Shown here: one piece after another, positions 9,360-17,392 of the stretch
How positions within the stretch are numbered: position 1 is the first letter of the stretch
Layout: each line of letters begins with the position of its first letter
NCBI RefSeq assembly: GCF_028368995.1
Contig: NZ_JAQNDL010000005.1
Coordinates: 544,001 to 608,000 of the forward strand
Source of the DNA: Nannocystis bainbridge
GTDB lineage: Bacteria > Myxococcota_A > Polyangia > Nannocystales > Nannocystaceae
Direction: 5' to 3'
DNA length: 64,000 nucleotides
Translations under genes and position numbers: made by a program
Notes under the pieces: model-generated
Database searches by the model: none
Seen by the model: the letters and a program-made list of their open reading frames with translations, nothing else
Told to the model about the DNA's origin: nothing

Positions 9360-10598
9360 ATGCTGCGAGAAATCGACACCCGCGAATCGAACGGTGCACT
9401 GGTGAATGAATCGCACCGGCCGCTCACCACTTACTTCCGCGACCTCTCGGAAGCCGACGTGATGACGCGCGAGGAAGAGACCACCGCCGCGATCAAGCTC
9501 GTCCATCTCCGCCGCGGCCTGTGGACCGCGCTCCTCGACTATCCGCCCTACGCCGAGCCGATCGGCGCGCTCCTCCGCGAGCGCCTGTCGGAGGACGACT
9601 GCCCGAGCGCCGCCGTCACCGCTTATGAGAAGGCCGCGCGGACCCTCCGCGACCGCGACCTCCGCAAGCACCACGACGCCTTCGCGGCGGCCCGTGACCG
9701 CGTCGCCGGCCTCCTGCTCGCCGTCGACGTCGACACCGAGATCGCCGACATCCTCGCCGCCGACCTCACCACCCTCGAGGGTCAGCGCGGCGCCCCGACC
9801 ACCCTCGCGGTCCATCCGCCGCGCCGCGGCAGCGTCCCGTTCGCCCGCTACGTCGCCGCCGTGCGCAGCAAGCAGGCCGCCTTCGTCGCCGCCCGCAACG
9901 CCTTCGTGCGCTCCAACCTGCGCCTCGTCGTCGCCCTCGCGCGCCGCTTCTTCCGCGGCAGCGTGCCCCTGCCCGACCTGATCCAGGAGGGCAACCTCGG
10001 CCTCCTCAAGGCCGTCGCCCGCTTCGACCCCGCCCGCGGCTGCCGCTTCTCGACCTACGCCGCCTGGTGGATCCGCCACGCCATCACCCGCTCGATCGCC
10101 GACAAGTCGCGCACCGTCCGCCTGCCCGTCCACATGATCGAGGCGTGCACCAAGGTCGCCCGGTCCCGCCGCGACTTCGAACTCTCCGAGCGCCGCGAGC
10201 CCACCGACGAGGAGCTCGCCGAGATCAGCGGCGTCAGCCGCGAGCGGATCGCCCGCATGGGTTGGTCGCTGATGGAGACCCCGCTCAGCCTCGCCTCCCC
10301 GGCCTCGCGCGACAGCGAGGGCACCCTCGCCGACACCGTCGCCGACCCCGACCACGTCGCCCCGTCCGACCTCATGGACCGCGACCTGCTGCAGTCACAG
10401 CTCGCCGAGGTCTTCGCCCAGCTCACCCCGCTCGAGGCCGACATCCTGCGCAAGCGCGTCGGCCTCGACGGCGAGAGCGAGATGACCCTCAAGGACATCG
10501 GCGCCGGCTACTCGCTCTCGCGCGAGCGGATCCGTCAGCTCCAGGAGGGCGCGCTCGCCAAGCTGCGCGCCGAGTTCTCGCGTCGCAGACTCATGTGA
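9360..10598 (+). CDS. Sigma-70 family RNA polymerase sigma factor (RpoD/RpoS-like, no region 1.1)
   Basis: Region 1.2 YFRDLSEADVMTREEE; region 2 NLRLVV...DLIQEGNLGLLKAV...FSTYAAWWIR; region 4 TLKDIG...SRERIRQ; AAGGAG RBS. Confidence 0.95.
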   Translation: MLREIDTRESNGALVNESHRPLTTYFRDLSEADVMTREEETTAAIKLVHLRRGLWTALLDYPPYAEPIGALLRERLSEDDCPSAAVTAYEKAARTLRDRDLRKHHDAFAAARDRVAGLLLAVDVDTEIADILAADLTTLEGQRGAPTTLAVHPPRRGSVPFARYVAAVRSKQAAFVAARNAFVRSNLRLVVALARRFFRGSVPLPDLIQEGNLGLLKAVARFDPARGCRFSTYAAWWIRHAITRSIADKSRTVRLPVHMIEACTKVARSRRDFELSERREPTDEELAEISGVSRERIARMGWSLMETPLSLASPASRDSEGTLADTVADPDHVAPSDLMDRDLLQSQLAEVFAQLTPLEADILRKRVGLDGESEMTLKDIGAGYSLSRERIRQLQEGALAKLRAEFSRRRLM

Positions 10599-10756
10599 CG
10601 CGCGCGGTCGGTGGCGCCGCAGCCTTCTTTCGCTTGCCCGCCGCCTCCGCGCGACGCGGGCCGAGCCCCCCGCTCGACCGCGAAACGATAACCTCGCTGC
10701 GCGTCACCGACCGATTTGTCCTGCCCCTCCCAACCCTTCACCCCTCGCGCCGCGCG

Positions 10757-10921
10757 GCGACCTGTCCGGAAGGACAAGTCGACCGCGCGGCTCCGTTCGC
10801 GGGGTCCCGCATCCCGCTGCGACCTGTCCCTACAGACAGGTCAGCCGCGCGGCTCCGTTCGCGGGGTCTCGCATCCCGCTGCGACCTGTCCCGAAGGACA
10901 AGTGCGCCGCGCGGCTCCGTT
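10757..10921. repeat. 62-bp tandem repeat (about 2.7 copies), each unit carrying an ACCTGT-CC-N4-(G/A)G-ACARGT palindrome
   Basis: Units start GCGACCTGTCC at 10757, 10819 and 10881, between the convergent sigma and LysR genes. Confidence 0.9.
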
Positions 10922-10946
10922 TGCCGTTCGCGCATCGCGGCAGCCC

Positions 10947-11825
10947 TCACGCGCGAGCCTTCACCGCGCCTGTCCCATGCGCCAGATTACCCCGCACGTG
11001 GGCCTCGAGCGCCGCCACCTCCGCGATCGCCGGCGCCCGCTTGCGCTTTATCAAATGCACCTGCAGCCGCGGCAGGTCGACCACCGGCACTGCCACCGTC
11101 CCGGGCGGCGTCGGGATGTACGCATTGACAACCGTCAGCCCGAGGCCGAGCGACGCGTAGTGCGTCATCAGCTCCCACCCGTCGACCTCGACCGCCACGT
11201 GCAGATCGCCGCCGAGCGCCGCCGCCAGCGTCGCCCGGTGCGTGCGCCCGGCCGGCGGCAGGATCAGCGGCCGCCCGGCCAGCGCGCGCGCGCGGATCTG
11301 TTTGCGCTGCGCCAGCGGATCGCCCGCCGGCACGATCGCCACCTGGCCGACCTCGAGCACCCGCGTGCCGTCGAGCTCCGGGTCGGCCTCGAGCAGCGAC
11401 GTGAGCCCCAGGTGGGCCCGGCCGCTGCGGACCGCCTCGATCGTCGCCGGTCGGTCCTCCGTGCGCAGCGACAGCGGCCCTGACCAGCCGCGCAGCGCGT
11501 GGGCCAGCACGTAAAGCTGCAGCGCTCGCCCGGCGCTGACGACCGGCACCGTCGCCCCCTGGCCGGTCGCGCGCGCCGCGAAGCGGTCGACCGCGCCCAG
11601 CACCTCGCGCGCCAGCACCTCGACCTCCTGCCCGCGCGGCGTCAGCCGCAGCGCCCGGCCCTCGAAGCGGTAGAGCGGCCCCGCCCACCCCGCCAGCTGC
11701 TTGACCTGGGTGTGCAGCGCCGGCTGCGACAGGTGCAGGCGCGCCGCCGCGGCCGTGAAGCCGCCGGTCTCGACCACGGCGAGGAAGGCGCGGAGCCAGT
11801 CGAGGCGGACCTCCGATGTATCCAT
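10947..11825 (-). CDS. LysR family transcriptional regulator
   Basis: LRAFLAVVETGGFTAAAARLHLSQPALHTQVKQL HTH plus substrate-binding domain. Confidence 0.92.
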   Translation of the reverse strand: MDTSEVRLDWLRAFLAVVETGGFTAAAARLHLSQPALHTQVKQLAGWAGPLYRFEGRALRLTPRGQEVEVLAREVLGAVDRFAARATGQGATVPVVSAGRALQLYVLAHALRGWSGPLSLRTEDRPATIEAVRSGRAHLGLTSLLEADPELDGTRVLEVGQVAIVPAGDPLAQRKQIRARALAGRPLILPPAGRTHRATLAAALGGDLHVAVEVDGWELMTHYASLGLGLTVVNAYIPTPPGTVAVPVVDLPRLQVHLIKRKRAPAIAEVAALEAHVRGNLAHGTGAVKARA

Positions 11826-11915
11826 TTCTTGAATATACCCTCCAAATCCAATCGTGTACATGGATGCTCCGACGATGCACGCTCCTGCCTGTAAATCACA
11901 CAGGAGAGACTATTT

Positions 11916-12413
11916 ATGCATCGCATCGGCATCGACATCGGCCGCGTCATCATCGGCCCCGTGGTCAACGGGCGCTCCGACACCAGCTTCCTCGGCTCCG
12001 GGCTCGAGCAGGCCATGCTCACCCCGCCGGCCCCCGGCGCCTTCGCCGGGGTCGCCGACCTGGTCGCCCGCACCGGCGGCAACGCCTGGCTGGTGTCCAA
12101 GTGCGGCCCCGGCGTGCAGGCCAAGACGCGCGCCTGGCTGACCCATCACCGCTTCTGGAACGAGACCGGCATGGACCCGTCGCACCTGCGCTTCTGCCTC
12201 GCGCGCCCGGACAAGGCCGTGCACGCGCGCAAGCTCCGGCTCACCGCCATGATCGACGACCGCCTCGACGTGCTCGAGCACCTGCGGGGGATCGTCGAGC
12301 ACAAGCTGCTGTTCGGCGAGCAGAAGCGCCCCGGCCCGCCGTGGACCACCCCCGTGCTCGACTGGGACGCCGTGCGCGCCTGGGCCGCCCGGCAGTGGGC
12401 CTCCGCGGCTTGA
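11916..12413 (+). CDS. HAD-superfamily protein (5'(3')-nucleotidase-like)
   Basis: IGIDIGRVI (motif I variant), WLVSK, DK and MIDDR (motif IV); AGGAG RBS; divergent from LysR. Confidence 0.7.
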   Translation: MHRIGIDIGRVIIGPVVNGRSDTSFLGSGLEQAMLTPPAPGAFAGVADLVARTGGNAWLVSKCGPGVQAKTRAWLTHHRFWNETGMDPSHLRFCLARPDKAVHARKLRLTAMIDDRLDVLEHLRGIVEHKLLFGEQKRPGPPWTTPVLDWDAVRAWAARQWASAA

Positions 12414-12429
12414 GCATCACCACCAACAC

Positions 12430-12465
12430 AAACGGGGCGGGCTCGCCGGCGAGCCCGCCCCGTTT
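12430..12465. terminator. Perfect 36-bp inverted repeat, probable bidirectional terminator
   Basis: AAACGGGGCGGGCTCGCC/GGCGAGCCCGCCCCGTTT between convergent genes. Confidence 0.75.
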
Positions 12466-12479
12466 CGCGTCCGATTCAA

Positions 12480-12513
12480 ACATGCCCGAAAGGACATGGT
12501 TGAAAGTTCATCC
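12480..12513. repeat. ACATGT element copy (3 units)
   Basis: ACATGC-CCGAAAGG-ACATGG-TTGAAAGT-TCATCC. Confidence 0.7.
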
Positions 12514-12531
12514 TCGATCCTGGCGCCCCGC

Positions 12532-13863
12532 TCACGCGAGCAGCGCCGCCGCCTCGTCGAGCGCGCGCACGCAGGCCGTCACCGCATCCTCGCCGCCGAC
12601 CCACCGGATGAACTCCGCCAGGTCGTACGCGTGATGCAGCGACCCCAGCAACGAAGCCCGCGGGTCGCTCGCCGCCCGCCGCATCACCGCCGCGAACACC
12701 CGGGCCGCCTCGTCCGGCGCCACCACCTCGCGCGCGGCCCACAGCTCGTCGAACCACAGCCCCTCGCGCAGCCCCGCCGGCGTCGTCACCTTCTCGAGGG
12801 CCGCTCGCGCGATCGCCCGCCCCTCGGGCTCGCCCGCCCGGGCCGCCGCCAGCAGCAGCAGCATCTCGATCTGCTCCCGTCCGCCCGCGTGCTCGCGCAC
12901 CCGCGAGAACCACACCTCGGCCTCGCCCGCGGCGTGCCAGCTATCGACCAGCACCTGCAGCGCCGCGCTGCGCAGCTCGCCCGCCTCGACCGCACACGCG
13001 CGCTCGAGGCAGCCGCGCACCATCGTCGCTGGCGGTGACGGGCGGTCCGGCGGTCCCAGCACCTGCGTCAGCCCGCCGAAGAATCGCAGCACCAGCGAAT
13101 CGTCGGACCACGTCGCGCCCGTCGGCCACGCCCACGGCTCGCCGCGCGCCGCCCGATGACCACAGATCTGCCCGTGCGCGTCGGCGCGGACCACCGCGTC
13201 GGCGATCGCCGGCAGCAGCCGCTCGGCCTCGTCCGCGTGGCCGAGCGCGGCCAGCCGCACGAACAGACAGGCCCGCGCCTGGCTGAGCTGGTGCCGCCAA
13301 TCGGCGGTGGCCATGCGCTCGCTGACCGCGATCGCGCGCCGCAGCTGCGCCTCGTCCATCCACGGCGCGAGGCGGGCGAAGGGCCCGGGGTCGTTGCCCG
13401 GATCGATCGGCGCCAGGGCGATCGCGGCGAACGCCGCGATCGCGCGATCGATGACCGCCGCGCGGCTCTCGGGCGCCACCGCCTCGGCCAGGGCGGACAG
13501 CCGCCAGGCGAACAACGGATCGCCCGGATCGATCGACGGCGCCTCCTCCTCCTCCGGCGCGTCGTCGCCGTCGCTGCTGTCACCGGTGAGTCGCCGCCGC
13601 AGCTCGACCGCGTACGGCCCGGGTCGATGCGGCCTGCGCTCGCGCATCCACTGGATCACCAGCGCGCCCCGCAGCATGCGTCCCATCGCCGCCGCTCGCC
13701 CCACGCCGCCCTCCACCGCCTCGCCGGCTGCCATGACGTCGCCGCGGAACCACCCGCCGATCGCCGCCGCCAGCTCGTCGCGCTCGGGCCCCCGGCACAG
13801 CGCGCGCCACTGCTCGCGCAACGCCCCCAGTTCGTCCGCATCACCCTTCACGATCGCGGCCAT
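12532..13863 (-). CDS. Hypothetical alpha-helical repeat protein
   Basis: Long ORF with GC3 bias, Ala/Leu/Arg-rich helical pattern (ALGHADEAERLLPAI); no recognised catalytic motif. Confidence 0.7.
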   Translation of the reverse strand: MAAIVKGDADELGALREQWRALCRGPERDELAAAIGGWFRGDVMAAGEAVEGGVGRAAAMGRMLRGALVIQWMRERRPHRPGPYAVELRRRLTGDSSDGDDAPEEEEAPSIDPGDPLFAWRLSALAEAVAPESRAAVIDRAIAAFAAIALAPIDPGNDPGPFARLAPWMDEAQLRRAIAVSERMATADWRHQLSQARACLFVRLAALGHADEAERLLPAIADAVVRADAHGQICGHRAARGEPWAWPTGATWSDDSLVLRFFGGLTQVLGPPDRPSPPATMVRGCLERACAVEAGELRSAALQVLVDSWHAAGEAEVWFSRVREHAGGREQIEMLLLLAAARAGEPEGRAIARAALEKVTTPAGLREGLWFDELWAAREVVAPDEAARVFAAVMRRAASDPRASLLGSLHHAYDLAEFIRWVGGEDAVTACVRALDEAAALLA

Positions 13864-13954
13864 CGTCGACCGCCGCGCTCGCCAGCGCAAGCGTCAGGCG
13901 GCCGGCCCGCGGCGAAACACGTTCTCGCGGGCGTGCGGCCGAACGTACGCAGCG

Positions 13955-15868
13955 TCACCTGTCCGCGAAGAACTCGTGCGCGTCGACGTACTTGACCCCG
14001 AGCGAGCGCGCGAAGTCGCGGTCGCTGTCCATGTCGCCGACCATGACGACCCCCTCGCGCGCCAGCCCGTGGCGCTGGATCAGCGACACGCCGAGCCCCG
14101 GCAGCGGCTTGCGGCAGAAGCAGCCGGCCGGGAACGCCGGGTGCGGGCAATACATCACCTCGGCCACCGGCAGGTCGAGCAGCGCCATCGTGCGCGCGAA
14201 CGCGGCCTCGACCGCCTCCTTGCTGACCGTCCCTGACGCCACCCCGCTCTGGTTCGACACGAAGAACAGCTTGTAGCCCTCGTCGACGAACCGTTGCAGC
14301 ACCTCGCGCCGGTTCGGCAGCAGCTCGACGTCCTCGGGGTCGCGCGGGTAGATCTCGCCGCTCCGGGTCTTGCGCAGCGTGCCGTCGACGTCGAGCAGCA
14401 GGCCCTTGCCGGTGAATTGCGGATCGACGCGTCGTACGAACGGGACCTCCTCGACCGCGCCGAAGCCCTCGTCGACGTGCGGTGCCTCGAAGCTGGCCGC
14501 CCACTTCGCCATCGCCGCCGGCGGCGGCAGGTTGGGGTCGTCCTTCGCCAGGTCCTTCAATTCCTCGGGCCCGAGCAGCTTGCCGTAGCGCTCGAGGATT
14601 CGCAGCACCACGTTCGCGTAGGCCTCGTCGATCGGCGTGGCGAGGTAGCGGCAGCGGACCGGCACCCCGTGCGCGTGCGCCGTGCGGATCACCGCGAACC
14701 GCGACGCCCGCGTCGAATAGGTGTTGTCGAGCACCACCCGCCGCTGCCCCGCGGCCAGCAGCGCGCCGAGCTTCGGCACCAGCTCCTCGAGGCTCCCGCC
14801 GATCAGATCGCGGTTCAGCCGCGCGTAGCCGCGATCGACGTAGCGCGCCACCTCCGACGATTTGCCGGCCCCCTGCACCCCCATCATGATCACGACCTCC
14901 GGCTCGTCGCCCGGGCCCTCGCCGGTCACCAGCGCGCGCAGCCCCGCGGGCACCGTCGGCGGCGCCGTGGCGGCCAGCGCCTCGGGCGTCGGCGCGAACG
15001 AGATCTTGCTCTCGAGGTCGACGCGGTCGCGGTCGCCGAACGGGACCTTCAGCGCGCGCAGGCTCGACTCGACGCTCGCGCGCTTGGTGGCCCCGAACAG
15101 CGGCACCACCGGCGGCCCGAGGGCGACCAGGGCCGCCAGCGCCGCCTCGTGCGGCGTGACGCCGTGGCGCGCCGCGATCGGCTTGACCGCCCGGTTCTTC
15201 AGCAGGTTGGCCGTCTTCGCGTGCCCGCCGAGCGGCCGGTGGGCCAAAAACGGGACGCCGAGCTGCCGCGCCAGCGCCACCAGCCCGTCGACCCCGCTGT
15301 TGCGATCCATGACGCTGAGCTCGTTCTGGATCGCCTGCACCTTGAAGTGCCGCTCGGCCTGGCGCACCTCCGCGATCGACGTGTTCGACAGCCCGAGGTG
15401 CTCGATCTTGCCTTCCTTCTGCAGCTCGGCCAGCGCCGCCAGGCTCTCCTCGAGCGGCGTCTTCGGATCGTTGGCGTGCAGCAGCAGCATGAAGATCCGC
15501 TCGACCCCCAGCGCCTTGAGGCTGCCCTCGACCATCTTGCGCAGGTGCTCGCGGCGCCCGTTCGGCACCCACTTGCCCTTCGGCCGCGCCAGCCCGGCCT
15601 TGGTCACCACGCGGACCTGCTCACGCGGGCCGCTCCAGCCGCTCAGCGCCTTGCGCACCAGCTCCTCGCCGTAGTGCAGGTCCTTGTCGGCGAGCGCGTA
15701 CGAGTCGGCGGTGTCGAGCAGCCGGATGCCCTGATCGAGGGCGAAGCGAATGACCTCGATCGCCTCGGCCTCGGCCGGTCGACCTTCCGTCGACAATCGC
15801 AGCAGACCGAGACCGAGCGGGACTTCGAGGGTACCGAGGACGCCATGGAGGGGGGTAGTGGTGCTCAC
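13955..15868 (-). CDS. Aldo/keto reductase + AAA_33 polynucleotide-kinase-like + HAD-IIIA 3'-phosphatase-like triple fusion
   Basis: AKR: LLDTADSY, TKAG, GKIEHLGLSN, IQNEL. Kinase: GVQGAGKSS, NRD, VLDNT, FEAP..DEGF. HAD: DVDGTL, SNQSGV, CPH..CFCRKP, VGDMDSD. Confidence 0.9.
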   Translation of the reverse strand: MSTTTPLHGVLGTLEVPLGLGLLRLSTEGRPAEAEAIEVIRFALDQGIRLLDTADSYALADKDLHYGEELVRKALSGWSGPREQVRVVTKAGLARPKGKWVPNGRREHLRKMVEGSLKALGVERIFMLLLHANDPKTPLEESLAALAELQKEGKIEHLGLSNTSIAEVRQAERHFKVQAIQNELSVMDRNSGVDGLVALARQLGVPFLAHRPLGGHAKTANLLKNRAVKPIAARHGVTPHEAALAALVALGPPVVPLFGATKRASVESSLRALKVPFGDRDRVDLESKISFAPTPEALAATAPPTVPAGLRALVTGEGPGDEPEVVIMMGVQGAGKSSEVARYVDRGYARLNRDLIGGSLEELVPKLGALLAAGQRRVVLDNTYSTRASRFAVIRTAHAHGVPVRCRYLATPIDEAYANVVLRILERYGKLLGPEELKDLAKDDPNLPPPAAMAKWAASFEAPHVDEGFGAVEEVPFVRRVDPQFTGKGLLLDVDGTLRKTRSGEIYPRDPEDVELLPNRREVLQRFVDEGYKLFFVSNQSGVASGTVSKEAVEAAFARTMALLDLPVAEVMYCPHPAFPAGCFCRKPLPGLGVSLIQRHGLAREGVVMVGDMDSDRDFARSLGVKYVDAHEFFADR

Positions 15869-16065
15869 GGGACCACTGGCATAACGCCGAGCGAGGGGCG
15901 GAATCAACCGCGTCCCCGTGAATTGTCGAGAGCACCCCGCCGCCGCCGTCCCCGCCGCCGGACTTGCCTCACGGCCTCCGACCCCCGAACTGCACGCCGG
16001 CTCCCGCGCTCACGAGCGAGGCCCGTCGCCGACCCACCGCCCGCGCGTCGCTAGGGCCGCGAATC

Positions 16066-16085
16066 ACCTGTCCTCGGGGACATAT
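16066..16085. repeat. ACATGT element copy
   Basis: ACCTGT-CCTCGGGG-ACATAT preceded by GCGAATC. Confidence 0.75.
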
Positions 16086-16175
16086 GCGCCGACGACCGCG
16101 CCTTCATGACGGTCGCGGCCTCCCCTCCTTCGCCCTCACCGGCGAATGCCCTTACGCGGACGCCCCGGCCAGTGA

Positions 16176-16367
16176 TGGCAGGCCCACGTGACGGCGTGGG
16201 CGTCGAGCGGGCTGTCGTGCAAGGACTATGCGGCCAGGGCCGGCGTCAACCCGCGGACATTGACTTGGTGGAAGTCGAAGCTGGCGAGCGTCGGCGCGGC
16301 CGGGCCAGCGCCGGTGAGCTTCGTCGAGGTGACGGAGCAGCTAACCGCGCCGGCGAGCTCAGAGGTC
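16176..16367 (+). pseudogene. tnpA: IS66-family accessory protein TnpA remnant
   Basis: WQAHVTAWASSGLSCKDYAARAGVNPRTLTWWKSKL...SFVEV; in-frame TGA immediately upstream; no tnpB or tnpC follows. Confidence 0.7.
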
Positions 16368-16572
16368 GCGGTGATCGCTGTTCTGTCAGCTGCGCGACTC
16401 GGTGGTGCGGGACCGGGGCTGACGGCGCACCCGCGACTTCCCGGCCACGTCGACATGATGACCGCGTGATCCCACGGCGCGGCGCGGTCGGGTGCGCACG
16501 GCGGAGCGAGGCGCGACGTCGACCACCGCGCCTGCGGGGACCGCGACGCAGATCGTGTGCTACTCGAGGGCG

Positions 16573-17109
16573 GTGACCACGACGCACACAGGGTTCGCAA
16601 TCGCCACGGAGACGATCCTGGAGACCGACTGGAGGCGCGTCGGGATGGTCGTAGCGATCGGGACAGTGGTCCCCGCGACCGTCGGCGCGCCGTTCTGGCA
16701 GGCGTTCATGGCTGATACGGGCGGCCTCCTGAACGCGTTCCAAGCGCTCGCGCGGACGCTCTTCTTTGTCATGGGGGGGCTGATCGTCGTCTGGCTCATG
16801 GTGCCCGGGGCGACCTACATCCGGCGGACCGCGATCCGCATCGATCTGTTCGAGCACGGCGTCGAGCTGCGCGACGCCGCGGGCGCGGTGCTCGGCCAGA
16901 CCGCCGACGGCAGCCTGCGGGTGACGCACGCCAACCTGCGGTCGACCAAGAGCATGCTGGGTGGTCTGCGCCTCGACCATCGCGGCGGCGCGCTGCTGAT
17001 CTCGCCGAACCCGACGCTCGCGCCGTGGCCGGGTCAAGCAGCGCAGGATGGCATGTGGCACTTCGTGTCCGGCCCGATGTACGAGGGGCTGCGGCGCCTC
17101 GCCGCGTGA
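16573..17109 (+). CDS. Hypothetical membrane protein
   Basis: Two hydrophobic segments followed by a beta-rich soluble domain; GAGGG RBS before GTG. Confidence 0.7.
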   Translation: MTTTHTGFAIATETILETDWRRVGMVVAIGTVVPATVGAPFWQAFMADTGGLLNAFQALARTLFFVMGGLIVVWLMVPGATYIRRTAIRIDLFEHGVELRDAAGAVLGQTADGSLRVTHANLRSTKSMLGGLRLDHRGGALLISPNPTLAPWPGQAAQDGMWHFVSGPMYEGLRRLAA

Positions 17110-17230
17110 GCATCAGGGCGCGTGCGTCAGCTCGAGGGTCTGCCACTCGAGGTCGAGTGCCCGGCGTGCCCGGACGCTGCGCCCCGCCGCGGGCGAGTCC
17201 GCCGCTCCACAACCGCGTGGCTGTGGGCGC

Positions 17231-17317
17231 GACGGTCAGCACGAGCGGGTGGGAAGGAGTGACTTCGTTGTCGCGGAAAGCTCCGACGACGAGGATGTGG
17301 TGGACTTCCGCACGCTG
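17231..17317 (-). pseudogene. Fragment of the AAA-ATPase domain of a Ser/Thr kinase-ATPase-His kinase hybrid
   Basis: Minus-strand peptide HILVVGAFRDNEVTPSHPLVLTV matches the conserved GAYRDNEV..SHPL motif; no flanking ORF. Confidence 0.6.
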
Positions 17318-17354
17318 CGCGCTCGAAGGCCGCCAAAAAATCGACCTCGCCTTT

Positions 17355-17380
17355 GCAACACTCGCCTGCGCGGCGGCGTG
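17355..17380 (+). promoter_or_regulatory. Putative ECF-type (autoregulatory) promoter
   Basis: GCAAC-N17-CGTG, 12 nt upstream of the ECF gene start; matches the generic ECF AAC/CGT pattern. Confidence 0.4.
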
Positions 17381-17392
17381 CCGCGGTGAACG

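Noticed and set aside
10757-10921. CRISPR array
   Set aside because: Units are contiguous 62-bp tandem copies without unique spacers, and no cas genes are in the window
13957-13976. ACCTGTCCGCGAAGAACTCG as an element copy at the end of the AKR-PNKP gene
   Set aside because: Only the left half matches, and it is explained by coding sequence
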